A stretch of DNA of 64,000 nucleotides from Opitutales bacterium (GCA_024697185.1 JAILGB010000025.1:611-64610), one strand, 5' to 3'. Shown: positions 36,438 through 48,012, numbered from the stretch's first letter. Made by a program: numbers and translations. Notes: generated by a model not told the origin, from the sequence alone.

Positions 36438-37028
36438 TTAATTGTGTTGGTCCTCAAAAAATTTAGGGAGGACGGATTTTATTTGTTGTTCTAAAAATTC
36501 AAGATTGCCGTCATTAAAAATGACAATGTCGGCGCGTTTCATTTTCTCCTCGACCGGCAGTTGGGCGGCGATGCGTTCCCGCGCACGGGAAGACTGGAGG
36601 CCGCGATTTTTAAGCCGCTCGATTTGGACTTGTTCCGATGCGGCGAGACAAAGAGTGAGATCAAATTGGGATTCGAGATTTTTTTCAAAAAGCAGGGGGA
36701 TTTCACAAACGCACGGGCGATTTTGCCGTTCGGCGTCTTCCATTACTTTTTTTTCTTCCGATGCGATTTGAGGGTGCAAAAAATTTTCCAAGATTTTACG
36801 TTTTTCGGGAACGGAAAAAATTAAGCGAGCCAGCTCCTGTTTGTCGATTTTGCCGTTGTTCAAATATTGCGGACCGAAATTATTTTTAACAAAAAGGACC
36901 GTTTCCCGCCTATTGAGAATTTCTTCATTAATAGCATCTGCGCTGCTTGTCAAACAACCGAGCCGGTCAAAAATCTTTAATGCCGAAGTTTTGCCGCAAC
37001 CGATTCCTCCTGTCAGTGCAATATTCAT
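36438..37028 (-). CDS. coaE: dephospho-CoA kinase
   Basis: MNIALTGGIGCGKTS P-loop; about 196 aa. Confidence 0.9.
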   Translation of the reverse strand: MNIALTGGIGCGKTSALKIFDRLGCLTSSADAINEEILNRRETVLFVKNNFGPQYLNNGKIDKQELARLIFSVPEKRKILENFLHPQIASEEKKVMEDAERQNRPCVCEIPLLFEKNLESQFDLTLCLAASEQVQIERLKNRGLQSSRARERIAAQLPVEEKMKRADIVIFNDGNLEFLEQQIKSVLPKFFEDQHN

Positions 37029-37108
37029 CTGCTCCTTATAATTTCCCTTTTTGAATCATTGTATAACAATCGACAAATTTTATCAATTTTTTTAACTTTA
37101 AAATTAAA

Positions 37109-38809
37109 ATGGGGAATATTAGACTAATCATTATGCTGCGATCCCAAAATTTAAGCGTCGTCACACCCGACGGGAATGAGATTTTAAAAAAAGCCACCGT
37201 TTCTTTCGCGCCTCAAAAGATGCACGCGCTTATCGGTCCCAGCGGCTGTGGCAAAACGACATTGATGAAGGCGATTCTCGGGATGATCGACCACTCCGGG
37301 GGAACGAGTTTTTTGGATGATTTTGAAATCAAAGCTTCAGACGAACTTGCCGGCGCCATCGGTTTTGTGCCCCAATTTACCTTGGCGTATGAAAATCTGA
37401 CGGTTCGCGAATCCCTGGAATACATTTTAAAAATAGGCGGCGTTCCCGCAGCCAAGGCGAAAACACGTCTGCAATCCGTCTTAAAAGTTGTCAAACTGAC
37501 CGATCGGGCGGGAACGCGGATCGCAGCGCTTTCCGGCGGGCAATTGCGACGGCTCGGCTTGGCGATGGAACTGGTGCTCAGCCCGTCCTATCTCGTTTGC
37601 GACGAAGTTACAAGCGGACTCGATCCCAACTCTGAAAACGAAATGCTCGCGCTCATGCGGGAACTCGTCCAAAACGAGGGGAAGGCGATCGTCTGTATTA
37701 TTCACAACCTGACACAATTGGACAAATTTGACACTGTAACCGTCGTCCTGAAAGGTCGTGTCGTTTTCCAAGGCTCTCCACAGGAGCTCTTAAAATATTT
37801 TTCAATCCAAAATTATCTCCAACTGTATTCGGTGCTCAACTCGCAGGAAATTGATTTTTGGACCAATCTTTACGAAAAATTTCAGCGGGAACGCAATTTG
37901 AACGGGAAGGATCAGTCATTGCCCTCGCAAACAGGGAAAAGCGCCCTATCTCCTTCCATCGGTACGCAACTTTTATCCTTGCTCTCGCGCCGGACAAAAC
38001 TTTTTTTTCGGGACAAAGGCTATTTATCTTTAACCCTGGCGATCACTTTCGGGTTTCCCTGCATTGTGGCGCTTTTTGCGATGAACGGTTTGCCGTCAAT
38101 CGAACAGTTGCCGCTAAATCATTCGGGGACATTTTCAATCTCAGCCGTCAACGAGGCGATTCGCATCAAATTGTCAAACAGCCAAGTGGCGACGCTCGCC
38201 ACGGGTCTGGTGCTTTTTCAAGTGATTCTGCTCGCTTTGATGGGCGCCAACAACGGCGGGCGCGAAATCGCAGGAGAGCGATCGCTTTATGAAAAGGAAC
38301 GGATGCTCGGACTCAATCCGGTCGCATACGCCTTTTCAAAACTGATTTTCACCTCCGTCATCGCTATTTTTCAAGGAGTTTGGATGTGCGGATTTGTCAA
38401 AACAATCTGCATCTTCCCGGGATCGTGGGCGGAACAACTCTCCATCATGGCGGGCGTCTGCCTCGCGATGACTTTGATTTGTCTGGGATTCTCCTCTTTG
38501 ATGAAAAGTGCGGAAAAAGCCTCGTTGCTCACGATTTATCTGGTCGGATTCCAACTGCCGCTTTCCGGCATCGTCCTCGAATTGCCGGACGCTTTAGTTT
38601 GGGTTTTCAGACCTTTTGTAAATGCCTTTTGGGGCTGGAGCGGTTTTTTTGACGCAATGAACGACAGTCAGATTTATGACGCTTATACATCCATGAATCC
38701 CAATGCCGATATTTTTACTTTTTCGACATCTTTCATCGTGCTCCTCATTCAAGCCCTCGCGGGAACGCTGATGTTGCTCGCCGGCTGTATTCGCCGGCAA
38801 AAAAATTGA
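37109..38809 (+). CDS. fused ABC transporter (N-terminal ATPase plus C-terminal ABC-2 type permease)
   Basis: GPSGCGKTTL, LSGGQLRRLGLA and LVCDEVTSGLD, followed by about 6 TM helices. Confidence 0.8.
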   Translation: MGNIRLIIMLRSQNLSVVTPDGNEILKKATVSFAPQKMHALIGPSGCGKTTLMKAILGMIDHSGGTSFLDDFEIKASDELAGAIGFVPQFTLAYENLTVRESLEYILKIGGVPAAKAKTRLQSVLKVVKLTDRAGTRIAALSGGQLRRLGLAMELVLSPSYLVCDEVTSGLDPNSENEMLALMRELVQNEGKAIVCIIHNLTQLDKFDTVTVVLKGRVVFQGSPQELLKYFSIQNYLQLYSVLNSQEIDFWTNLYEKFQRERNLNGKDQSLPSQTGKSALSPSIGTQLLSLLSRRTKLFFRDKGYLSLTLAITFGFPCIVALFAMNGLPSIEQLPLNHSGTFSISAVNEAIRIKLSNSQVATLATGLVLFQVILLALMGANNGGREIAGERSLYEKERMLGLNPVAYAFSKLIFTSVIAIFQGVWMCGFVKTICIFPGSWAEQLSIMAGVCLAMTLICLGFSSLMKSAEKASLLTIYLVGFQLPLSGIVLELPDALVWVFRPFVNAFWGWSGFFDAMNDSQIYDAYTSMNPNADIFTFSTSFIVLLIQALAGTLMLLAGCIRRQKN

Positions 38810-38842
38810 GGAAGCGAACACCGTTCCTTTCCCATAAAAGGG

Positions 38843-38880
38843 CGTTCCCGCTATTTTTTACGGGAATGTTTTTTTATTTT
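38843..38880 (+). terminator. rho-independent terminator (inverted genome word, one G.U pair)
   Basis: CGTTCCCG (38843-38850) / CGGGAATG (38861-38868), then TTTTTTTATTTT. Confidence 0.6.
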
Positions 38881-38958
38881 TCCTGTAAGATAAATTCGCC
38901 GCTTTTTAAGGCTTGTAAAATCAAAATATAAGGAGTTTAATGGAAAGGAATTTTTACT

Positions 38959-40677
38959 ATGAACTGGTTTTTAGAACTCTTTACGAACACTAGCGGAGTG
39001 GCTCACACTGTCGTCCTCTTCGCTTTAGTCATTTCCTTGGGCATGACCCTCGGGAAAATTAAATTTGGCGGGATCGCGCTTGGGGCGACTTTTGTCTTAT
39101 TTGTCGGGATTCTTGCCGGACACATTTACACGCTCACAGGGCTGACAGATGTGGGCGAACACGCAATCCCGCTCTCCGTTTTATCCTTTATGCAGGATTT
39201 CGGGCTTATTCTTTTTGTTTATTGCATCGGACTTCAGGTGGGGCCAGGCTTTTTTCACACCTTCCGTTCAGGCGGCGGTCTCAAGATGAACTATGTGGCG
39301 ATGGGCATCGTGATGCTCAACGCGCTGGTGATGTTAGGGCTTTATTATATTTTCTTTAACAACGGCAATCCGAATGATCTGCCGATGATGGTGGGAGTGC
39401 TCTACGGAGCCGTCACCAATACACCCGGCTTGGGTGCGGCACAAGAGGCGCTCTATTCTGTCGAGAATGTCTCCAAAAGTCTCGACATCGCATCCGGATA
39501 TGCCTGCGCCTATCCCTTAGGTGTCTTAGGAATTATCGGAACAACTATTCTCTTGCGTTTCGTTTGCAAAATCAAATTGAAAAACGAAGAAGAAGAATTG
39601 TTAAAACTGCGGGAAAACAATCCTCATGCGAAACCGCATCGGATGACACTCAAAGTTTGCAATCATAGTATTGTCGGAAAAGAGTTATCGCAACTGCTCG
39701 ATTTTTTGGACCATGAATTCGTTTGCACGCGAATCATAAAAAACGGGAAAATCATCAACGCCTATCACAAGACGGTCGTAAACGAAGGCGACTTGATGAA
39801 CATTGTCTGCCCGGAAGACAAGACTGAAGCCGTTATTGCACTGATCGGAGAAGTCGTAGAGGATGTTGACTGGAAAATCAAAACCGGGAAAATCGTTTCC
39901 CGCCGCATCCTCGTTACCCAGCCGAGAGTCAATGGAAAAACTTTCGGGCAAATGCATTTTTCATCCGTTTACGGTGTTAATGTCACGCGCATTTTGCGCC
40001 AGGGCATGGAACTTTTTGCAGACCGCGCCTTAAGAATCCAAACGGGCGACCGTCTCCTGGTCGTCGGAGAACAAGACGCCGTCAACCGTGTGGAAGAGGT
40101 CTTAGGCAACAATATAAAGGCTCTGGACCATCCCAATATCGCCGCCATTTTTATCGGAATCCTCTTGGGAATCACTTTGGGATCTCTTCCGATCGCAATA
40201 CCCGGCATGTCGGTTCCTCTTAAGCTGGGATTAGCTGGCGGACCGCTTATCGTCGCCATCCTCATTGGAGCCTACGGCTACCGTTTTCGCATCAATGCAT
40301 ACATGACGAGCGCTTCCAATCTATTTATTCGCGAATTGGGACTTGCAATCTTTCTCGCCGCCGTCGGGATCAAAGCCGGCAGCAGTTTTTGGCAAACAAT
40401 CACTCACGGCGACGGGCTCCTCTATGTTTTTTGCGGCTTTATCATTACCGTCCTTCCCATTTTAATCATGGGATATCTGGCGCGACGCTTTTTGAAGCTC
40501 AATTATTTTACGCTTATGGGGCTCATCGCGGGCGCCTATACGGATCCGCCGGCATTGGGCTATGCCAACACCTGTTCCTCGACAGACGCGCCCAGCGTCG
40601 GCTATAGCACCGTCTATCCCTTTACAATGTTCCTGCGCATTCTCGTGGCACAAGTCCTTATACTGTTCCTCTGCTGA
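38959..40677 (+). CDS. AAE-family transporter (YidE/YbjL-like, two TrkA_C domains between duplicated TM bundles)
   Basis: N-terminal MNWFLELF...; duplicated hydrophobic halves separated by a soluble ~170-aa region; about 570 aa, typical of YidE/YbjL. Confidence 0.7.
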   Translation: MNWFLELFTNTSGVAHTVVLFALVISLGMTLGKIKFGGIALGATFVLFVGILAGHIYTLTGLTDVGEHAIPLSVLSFMQDFGLILFVYCIGLQVGPGFFHTFRSGGGLKMNYVAMGIVMLNALVMLGLYYIFFNNGNPNDLPMMVGVLYGAVTNTPGLGAAQEALYSVENVSKSLDIASGYACAYPLGVLGIIGTTILLRFVCKIKLKNEEEELLKLRENNPHAKPHRMTLKVCNHSIVGKELSQLLDFLDHEFVCTRIIKNGKIINAYHKTVVNEGDLMNIVCPEDKTEAVIALIGEVVEDVDWKIKTGKIVSRRILVTQPRVNGKTFGQMHFSSVYGVNVTRILRQGMELFADRALRIQTGDRLLVVGEQDAVNRVEEVLGNNIKALDHPNIAAIFIGILLGITLGSLPIAIPGMSVPLKLGLAGGPLIVAILIGAYGYRFRINAYMTSASNLFIRELGLAIFLAAVGIKAGSSFWQTITHGDGLLYVFCGFIITVLPILIMGYLARRFLKLNYFTLMGLIAGAYTDPPALGYANTCSSTDAPSVGYSTVYPFTMFLRILVAQVLILFLC

Positions 40678-40718
40678 GGAACAAAGCCACGGACGGCATT
40701 AAAAATTGCCACGACAAA

Positions 40719-40755
40719 AAAAGAGCGTTCCCGCAACTTTCGGGAACGCTCTTTT
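40719..40755. terminator. bidirectional terminator built from an inverted pair of the genome word
   Basis: AAAAGAGCGTTCCCG (40719-40733) / CGGGAACGCTCTTTT (40741-40755) with a 7-nt loop. Lies between the convergent AAE transporter and glgP genes. Confidence 0.75.
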
Positions 40756-40777
40756 ATTTTTTTATCGACGGGAACGC

Positions 40778-43321
40778 TTATTCCGTGAGCGGATCAAGAT
40801 CCCAAATCTCTTGGGCATATTCCTTGATCGTGCGGTCGGAGGAAAACTTTCCGACACGCGCCGTATTAAGAATCGCCGCCTTTGTCCAAGCGTCTTTATC
40901 CCGGAAAGCCTTATCGACGCGTTCCTGGCATTCAATATAAGAACGATAGTCGGCAAGCACAAGGAAGGGGTCGCCGCCTTCGAGCAGGGAGCGGACAACG
41001 GGAGCGAGCGAATGGGGAGCCTCCGGTGTGAAATAGTCGCCGGCAAGCCATCCGAGAACAGCACGCAACTCGTTATCGTTATTGTAATAATCCCAAGGCG
41101 AATAACCCTTAGAGTGAAGTTTTTTGACTTCGTCAACCGTCAAACCGAAGATGAAGATATTTTCATCGCCGACTTCCTCCTTGATTTCGACATTGGCACC
41201 GTCCAAGGTTCCGATCGTCAAAGCGCCGTTGAGCGCGAGTTTCATATTGCCCGTTCCCGAAGCCTCTTTGCCGGCTGTGGAAATCTGCTCAGAGAGGTCC
41301 GCCGCAGGAATGATTTTTTCCGCCAGCGAAACACGGTAGTCGGGAATAAAGGCGACCTTGATTTTTCCTTTGACGCGCGGATCGTTATTGATCTTGGCAC
41401 CGACAGCGTTGATGGCATGGATAATGTGTTTTGCCAAATCATAACCGGGAGCGGCCTTGGCGCCAAAGACAAAAACACGAGGCACCATGTCAAACTTCGG
41501 GTCATTCAAAAGACGATGATACAGGGTCAAAATGTGCAGCAGGTTCAAGTGCTGACGCTTGTATTCGTGCAAACGCTTGATCTGGACGTCGAAGAGGGCG
41601 TCGGGCGAAACTTCGATCCCGCAAAGCTCCTTGATGATTCGGGCGAGTTCCACTTTGTTCTCGCGCTTGACCGCCGCATAGCGTTTGCGGAAATTTGCGT
41701 TGTCCGCATATTTTCCAAGCTGTTGAAGCTTGTCGAGATCCGCCGTCCAATCGTCGCCGATTGTCTCATCAATCAATTTGGAAAGTCCCAAATTGCAGGA
41801 ACGCAACCAGCGGCGCGGCGTAATGCCGTTTGTCTTGTTGTTAAAACGCTCCGGATAAAGCTCATAAAGACCGCTGAAAAGCGTCTGTTTAAGCAACTCT
41901 GTATGCAACGCCGCGACACCGTTTGTCGAATGACAGGCGACGACTGCCAAAGTCGCCATACGAACCTGCTTGGGCATACCTTCTTCAATAATCGAAAGCT
42001 CGCGCTTCTTCTGGTCGTCACCCGGCCATTGTTTTTCAACTTCCGCGAGGAAGCGACGATTGATTTCGTAAACAATCTGAAGATGACGCGGCAAAACCGT
42101 TTCAAACAGCGGTACCGACCAGCGTTCGAGCGCCTCCGGCAAAAGCGTGTGATTCGTATAGGCAAAAATCTTCGTCACGAGATCCCAAGCTTTTTCCCAT
42201 GAAAAACCTTCAACATCAATGAGCAGGCGCATCATTTCCGGAATGGCGATCGTCGGGTGCGTGTCATTCAGCTGAATCGCGACCTTGTCCGCCAGATTTT
42301 CAAGCGTGCCGTTTTCTTTCTTGTGACGACGGATAATATCTTGCAATGAAGCGGAAACGAAGAAGATTTGCTGCACCAGGCGCAACTGACGGCCGACAGC
42401 CGACTTGTCGTTGGGGTAGAGGACTTTTGAAATCGTCTCGTTGCTCGCTTTTTCGCGAATCGCATCAATATAATTGCCCTCGTTAAATTTGTTGAAATCG
42501 AAATCGCGCGTCGCTTTCGCTTCCCAAAGACGCAAATAATTGACCGTCTTGGCGCCGTAACCGACAATCGGAATATCCCACGGGACCGCCAAAAGCGATT
42601 TTGTATTGATCCAGCGGGGGCGGAAATTGCCGTTTTCGTCATAAGACAAAGTCACATTGCCGTAAATCGGCACCTCGACGGCAAACGCCGAACGGCGAAG
42701 ATGCCAAGGATTGCCGCCGACAAGCCAATTGTCCGCCGTTTCAACCTGATAACCGTTTTTAAACGTTTGACGGAAAAGACCGAATTCATAATGAATGCCA
42801 TAGCCGACAGAGGGCAGGCCGAGCGTTGCCAGAGAGTCCAAAAAGCAAGCCGCCAAACGACCCAAACCGCCGTTCCCGAGCGCCATGTCTTTTTCCTCAT
42901 CCATAATCACTTCCGGATCAAGGCCGAGTTCCTTCATCGCCTCGACAGCGACACCGTAAAGCTTTGTGCTGATCAAATTGTTGCGGAGCAGGCGGCCCAT
43001 CAAAAATTCGAGAGACATGTAATAGCAACGGCGCGTCTTGGCGTGGACATAGCGTTCCTGCGTATCGATAAGCTTTTTGTGAATAAAGTCACGAATCGCA
43101 TAGCTGACAGCATAAAACCAATCCTGCTGGCGTGCCGTCTCTTTGTCGCGGGCAAGGGTGCAACGCAGATGAAACTCTACGGTCTTTTTGAACTGATCGA
43201 CCGTGATCGCTTTTTCAAAAGAAGGATCCGGCGCAGAAAAAGGAGCAGTTTCTTGGGCAGGAGCCGGTCGCGAGGTTTTTTTCGTGGCGACAGGCGCCTT
43301 GCTTGTTTTCTTTGTTTTCAT
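40778..43321 (-). CDS. glgP: glycogen/maltodextrin phosphorylase
   Basis: [12 protein letters not shown] and the PLP site EASGTGNMK; about 847 aa. Confidence 0.95.
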   Translation of the reverse strand: MKTKKTSKAPVATKKTSRPAPAQETAPFSAPDPSFEKAITVDQFKKTVEFHLRCTLARDKETARQQDWFYAVSYAIRDFIHKKLIDTQERYVHAKTRRCYYMSLEFLMGRLLRNNLISTKLYGVAVEAMKELGLDPEVIMDEEKDMALGNGGLGRLAACFLDSLATLGLPSVGYGIHYEFGLFRQTFKNGYQVETADNWLVGGNPWHLRRSAFAVEVPIYGNVTLSYDENGNFRPRWINTKSLLAVPWDIPIVGYGAKTVNYLRLWEAKATRDFDFNKFNEGNYIDAIREKASNETISKVLYPNDKSAVGRQLRLVQQIFFVSASLQDIIRRHKKENGTLENLADKVAIQLNDTHPTIAIPEMMRLLIDVEGFSWEKAWDLVTKIFAYTNHTLLPEALERWSVPLFETVLPRHLQIVYEINRRFLAEVEKQWPGDDQKKRELSIIEEGMPKQVRMATLAVVACHSTNGVAALHTELLKQTLFSGLYELYPERFNNKTNGITPRRWLRSCNLGLSKLIDETIGDDWTADLDKLQQLGKYADNANFRKRYAAVKRENKVELARIIKELCGIEVSPDALFDVQIKRLHEYKRQHLNLLHILTLYHRLLNDPKFDMVPRVFVFGAKAAPGYDLAKHIIHAINAVGAKINNDPRVKGKIKVAFIPDYRVSLAEKIIPAADLSEQISTAGKEASGTGNMKLALNGALTIGTLDGANVEIKEEVGDENIFIFGLTVDEVKKLHSKGYSPWDYYNNDNELRAVLGWLAGDYFTPEAPHSLAPVVRSLLEGGDPFLVLADYRSYIECQERVDKAFRDKDAWTKAAILNTARVGKFSSDRTIKEYAQEIWDLDPLTE

Positions 43322-43430
43322 GTTTTAATTTTATTTTCGTTTTTAATTTATAAAAAAACTCCCTTAAAAATTTAGGACTTTCGGTTATTATAATATTTTT
43401 TCAGCGATAAGTCCATTTATTTTTAAACCC

Positions 43431-43724
43431 TCAATCATCGGATCGACGCCAAGCGGAAAGCGAAATCAGCTTGCGATCAATACAATCGCGATTTTCATAA
43501 TAATAAATCGCCAAACGCAATGCGGGCAGGGCAATTTTGCTCTCTGCCATAAAATCCACCTTCTGTATCTCCCTGAACAAACTCTCGGCGGAACGTCCTT
43601 GCAACTCAAAGAGGTCATGATAGCCCGCATCCAAAAGCCAACGGGCAACTTTTACCGGCATATTGGGAACATGCATAAAAGAACTCAAAACTGCTTCTTG
43701 ATCAATCTTTTTGCTCGAACTCAT
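43431..43724 (-). CDS. small helix-hairpin-helix-like protein
   Basis: 97 aa. The segment MHVPNMPVKVARWLLDAGYHDLFELQGRSAESLF resembles an HhH motif. Assignment is weak. Confidence 0.35.
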   Translation of the reverse strand: MSSSKKIDQEAVLSSFMHVPNMPVKVARWLLDAGYHDLFELQGRSAESLFREIQKVDFMAESKIALPALRLAIYYYENRDCIDRKLISLSAWRRSDD

Positions 43725-44454
43725 ATTGAATAAGTATAAACAAATATGGATACTTAAAAAAGCAGAAAGCCAAAAGCTGAATCAAATATTAAAAAAAAAG
43801 AGCGGGAACAAAAAATCACAGGAACGAACAGGAAAAAAAACCACAACGACAAATTTCAGTGAAGAAGAAAATAATTACGAACAGAGAATATGAATTTAGA
43901 CATGATGACGGGAACGGCTTTGGAAGGCACAAACCGAACACGGGAAGCTCGGAAGAAGAAATCAAAATGCCGGGGAAATTTAAAAACAACAGAAAAGCCG
44001 GCAGGATTTTTGGAGCGGGCGAGCCTTCAGTATTTTTAATAAATAAAAATTAGACATAATGGCGGCTGTAATAGAAATCCGGCTTTTTTAAAAACCTTCG
44101 GGAACGATGTTATTTACTGGGATTGTCGGCTTTTTCCCGATGCTTGAACACCTTGAAGAAAAAAAAGTCAATTTCAGCCCTTTTTCACAATCCGATCCCG
44201 AAGCAAGAACTTCAATATTTTTATTTTTTGTTAAAGATTTTGAAAAAAAAACTCTCTCAAAATCCCGCTGCCGCAAAAACCCGTTCCCGCCTCGCGAGAC
44301 TTCTCTACAATCGTCGTTCCCGAAAACTAACCGACATTCCGGCAGCAACAAAAACGATATTCCCGTTCCCGCAACATCCCCTAATCATTCCCGAGTCTTT
44401 TGCCCGGGAAAACTTTTCTAAGAAGAACCGTTGTCGCGCCAAGCGTTCCCGCGC

Positions 44455-45009
44455 CTATCGGACTCCCCGTTGCCTGAGAGCTTCAAAAAGACAAACTCCA
44501 GCCGCTACGGAGACATTCAGACACGGGACGGCTCCAAGCATTGGGATGCGAAGAAGAAAATCACAGGTTTCCGTCGTCAAATGCCGCATCCCGTCTCCTT
44601 CCGCGCCCATGACGATAGCGAGCGGTCCCTTGAGATTTGCCGAATAAATCGACTGGCTTGCCTTGTGGTCGCTCGTTCCCGCAATCCAAACACCGCTTGA
44701 TTTGAGTTTTTCAAGAGCGTTTCTCAAATTGTTGGCGAGGACAATCGGGACACTTTCCGCACCGCCACAAGCAATTCGTCTTACGGTCTCGGTTACGGGA
44801 GCGCTGCGCCGTTTTGTGATAACGACAAAAGCGACACCGGCACAATCCGCCGTTCGCAATATGGCACCCAGATTGTGCGGATCCTGAATCCCGTCAAGAA
44901 CGAGAATCAAAGGATTTTTACCGGCAGCCTCAACCATTTCCGGAATCTCGCTTTCCTCGTGCTTGAGAATCGCTCCGTAAGGATTGTAATGAGAGTTTTC
45001 GCGCGCCAT
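44455..45009 (-). CDS. SpoU/TrmH-family RNA 2'-O-methyltransferase (short form)
   Basis: LVLDGIQDPHNLGAILRTADCAGV, IVMGAEGDGM and LNVSVAAGVCLFE motifs. Confidence 0.8.
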   Translation of the reverse strand: MARENSHYNPYGAILKHEESEIPEMVEAAGKNPLILVLDGIQDPHNLGAILRTADCAGVAFVVITKRRSAPVTETVRRIACGGAESVPIVLANNLRNALEKLKSSGVWIAGTSDHKASQSIYSANLKGPLAIVMGAEGDGMRHLTTETCDFLLRIPMLGAVPCLNVSVAAGVCLFEALRQRGVR

Positions 45010-45021
45010 ATATAAAAAGTG

Positions 45022-46032
45022 CTATTTTTCGTTGGGTTTCAAATCTCGCGTCATTAAAGAGCGGATCGAGCTTTCAAGATCGGTTTTTTCAAAAATAATC
45101 GCATGCACACATTCGAGAATGGGTGCGGGAACGCAAAGTTTTTGAGCAACCGCAAAAAAGTTTTTTGTGGCATAATAGCCCTCAACAATAGATTTCCCCG
45201 CCTGCATTTCTTCAAGCGCCTTTGCCGTTCCCGTCATGGCAATTTTAATCCCGAACTGTCTGTTGCGAGACCAATCGGCGCTTGCCGTCGCCACAAGGTC
45301 TCCAAGTCCGCTGAGTCCCTGCACCGTCTCCGCCTTGCCGCCGAGAGCGACTACCAGCCTGGACATTTCCGCCAACGCCCGCGTCAAAAGCGACGCTCTC
45401 GCATTAACTCCAAGCCGCATACCGTCACAAATGCCGGCGGCGATCGCATAAACGTTTTTCAAACTCCCGCCAAGCTCGACACCGGCAATGTCCGAGGAAC
45501 GATAAAGCCTGAATGTCGGCGAACTGAACGCGTGTTGGACCTGTGTCGCCAAAGCCTCGTCCGCATCCGTGGCAAAAACAGCCGCGACCGGCAGATGTCT
45601 GGAAATCTCCATAGCGTTTGTAGGACCGGAAATTGTTCCCGCGGGCATATCGCCAAAAACGTCTTTTAAGACCTGCTCCGCCCTGAAATTCGTTCCCGCC
45701 TCAAGCCCTTTCGAAAGCGACAAAAGCAATCGAATCGGCGTTCCCGCCGGCATCACCTTTTTAATGTGTTCCGCCGTTGTTCGCAGCGCCTTTGACGGAC
45801 AGGCAAAAATCAAAATGTCGCATTCCGCCAAAACCGGTGCGACATCGTAGCCGATCTGCAAATCGTTCGGCAAAAAAATCCCGGGAAGATAAGCTTTGTT
45901 TTCGCGCGTTCCCGCGAGTTCGAGCGCCTGCTCCAGTCTTCGCGGCAAAAGCGTCACGCGCTGTCCGCATTCGTTAAGGTGAACAGCCATCGCCGTTCCC
46001 CATGCACCAGAGCCAAGAACTACAATATTCAT
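45022..46032 (-). CDS. gpsA: NAD(P)H-dependent glycerol-3-phosphate dehydrogenase
   Basis: VLGSGAWGTAMA Rossmann motif and full-length GpsA similarity. Confidence 0.9.
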   Translation of the reverse strand: MNIVVLGSGAWGTAMAVHLNECGQRVTLLPRRLEQALELAGTRENKAYLPGIFLPNDLQIGYDVAPVLAECDILIFACPSKALRTTAEHIKKVMPAGTPIRLLLSLSKGLEAGTNFRAEQVLKDVFGDMPAGTISGPTNAMEISRHLPVAAVFATDADEALATQVQHAFSSPTFRLYRSSDIAGVELGGSLKNVYAIAAGICDGMRLGVNARASLLTRALAEMSRLVVALGGKAETVQGLSGLGDLVATASADWSRNRQFGIKIAMTGTAKALEEMQAGKSIVEGYYATKNFFAVAQKLCVPAPILECVHAIIFEKTDLESSIRSLMTRDLKPNEK

Positions 46033-46953
46033 TTATTCTGCAATAATTTTAAGAGTCGCTCCCAATTTGTTGATGTGCATTTTTCTGATATGCCAATTAC
46101 TTTCGAGAGAATCGCAAAAATCCGCCAGCTGGTTGCCGAACCCGTCGTCGTCGTCGATACAAATCGCGACAATCGTCGGCCCAGCACCGGAAACATATAC
46201 GCTGACGGCGTCACGACTTTTTTCGATAAAATTAAAAACTTTGTCACCCTCGGGAATAAGTTGGAGACGATAGCGCTGGTGGATGCGATCCTTGCAGCCC
46301 GCTTTGATAAATTCACGATTGGCGGTTTCCAAGCCTTCGAGCAAAATCGGAACACGGGAAAGGTTGTAAACGCAATCGCTCAACGCATAATTTTTAGGCA
46401 AAATCGCACGCGCCTCTTCTGTCGGAACACGGACATCCGGCATCAAAGCATAAAAAGTGATCCGGTCCGAAATCGGATAAGAATGCGAATAGATAAATTC
46501 TTTTTCGATCACCGCCGCGACAAAACCGCCGAGAATCGCGGGCGCGACATTGTCCGGGTGCCCTTCAATCAGCGTCGCGATGCGCAAAATCTCTTTTTTG
46601 TCAAAACCGAGATTGCCGATTTGATTTGCAGCCATTACGCCGGCGACAATACAGGTCGAACTCGAACCGAGTCCGGAGCAGATCGGCAAATCCGTATCAA
46701 AACGAATCGACAGGGGCGGAACTTTTTTACCGTAGCTCGACAGCGTTTTTTCAAGCGTCGTATAAACAAGATTGTTCGCGGGAACGGCAAATTCCGCCTC
46801 GCAACCGCCGATAGAAACATAGCCTTCCGGAAAATCCCGACCGCTCAACGTCTCGAAGAAAAAGCGGTTGAACATGTCAAACGCGACTCCCATGACGTCA
46901 AATCCGGGACCGACATTGGCGCTCGTTGCGGGAACGGAAATTTTAAACTTCAT
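46033..46953 (-). CDS. thrB: homoserine kinase
   Basis: N-terminal VPATSANVGPGFDV and GHMP motif PICSGLGSSS. Confidence 0.85.
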   Translation of the reverse strand: MKFKISVPATSANVGPGFDVMGVAFDMFNRFFFETLSGRDFPEGYVSIGGCEAEFAVPANNLVYTTLEKTLSSYGKKVPPLSIRFDTDLPICSGLGSSSTCIVAGVMAANQIGNLGFDKKEILRIATLIEGHPDNVAPAILGGFVAAVIEKEFIYSHSYPISDRITFYALMPDVRVPTEEARAILPKNYALSDCVYNLSRVPILLEGLETANREFIKAGCKDRIHQRYRLQLIPEGDKVFNFIEKSRDAVSVYVSGAGPTIVAICIDDDDGFGNQLADFCDSLESNWHIRKMHINKLGATLKIIAE

Positions 46954-46956
46954 AAC

Positions 46957-47913
46957 TTATTTGTTGTTAATCTCAGCAAGCAAAGCCAAAATCGCCTTTT
47001 GCGTATGCAAACGGTTTTCCGCCTCGTCAAAAACAATGCTTTGGGGACCTTTCAAAACGCCTTCACTGACCTCTTCGCCGATGTGCGCCGGCAGACAGTG
47101 CATAAAATACGCGTCTTTTTTTGCGAGCGACATAATATGTTCATTGACCTGATAGTTGCGAAATTCACGCAGGCGACGCTCTTTTTCCGTCTCCATACCC
47201 ATACTCACCCAAACGTCCGTATAAAGCACGTCCGCATCTTTTGCCGCCGCTTCGGGATCCGTGGTAAATGTAAATTTGGACGCCTCGATCCCGTCTGCAG
47301 CCAACTGGTCGTAAAGCTCCTGGTGCGGCTCGTAGCCTTTGGGACCGCAAAGCACGACCTCCATACCCAAATGCGCGCAACCCAAGGCAAAAGTGTTGCC
47401 CATATTGCAGGCGGTGTCGCCCATAAAAACAAATTTGCGGCCTTTGAGCGATTCCGCCATTTTTGACGGCTCACCACGACTCCAGCGCTCGGCGAGCGTG
47501 AACATGTCGGTATAAAATTGGCAAGGATGCAAAAAGTCCGACAAAGCGTTGACGACCGGCATCGTCCCCTCCCTGACAAAAGTTTCAAGCAGCTGATGAC
47601 CGAAACAGCGAATCACGATCCCGTGAAGATAGCGCGACAAAACTTTTGCCGTGTCTTCCGGCGTCTCTCCGCGCGAAAGCTGCATGTCTTCAGCATTGAG
47701 CATCACGGGATTGCCGCCCAACTCATGAACGCCGACTTGAAAAGAGACGCGCGTGCGCGTAGATTTTTTGAAAAACAGCAAACCCCACGACTGACCCGCC
47801 AAAGGTTTGATTGCGTCGGCGCTCCCACGATTGGCTTTGAGTTCCGCCGCCAATTCAAAAACTCGAGCCGCTTCCGCAACACTCAAATCCGTTTCTTTTA
47901 AAAAATGTTTCAT
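46957..47913 (-). CDS. argF: ornithine carbamoyltransferase
   Basis: STRTR, DVWVSMG and FMHCLPA motifs. Confidence 0.9.
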   Translation of the reverse strand: MKHFLKETDLSVAEAARVFELAAELKANRGSADAIKPLAGQSWGLLFFKKSTRTRVSFQVGVHELGGNPVMLNAEDMQLSRGETPEDTAKVLSRYLHGIVIRCFGHQLLETFVREGTMPVVNALSDFLHPCQFYTDMFTLAERWSRGEPSKMAESLKGRKFVFMGDTACNMGNTFALGCAHLGMEVVLCGPKGYEPHQELYDQLAADGIEASKFTFTTDPEAAAKDADVLYTDVWVSMGMETEKERRLREFRNYQVNEHIMSLAKKDAYFMHCLPAHIGEEVSEGVLKGPQSIVFDEAENRLHTQKAILALLAEINNK

Positions 47914-48012
47914 TTTTGATAGACTGTAACAATAAGTTAAAAATGAGATTATAATAGCGCGTTCCCGCGGGCGCGAGATAAATTTAGCACTCCCGCAAAG
48001 GCGTTCCCGCGA

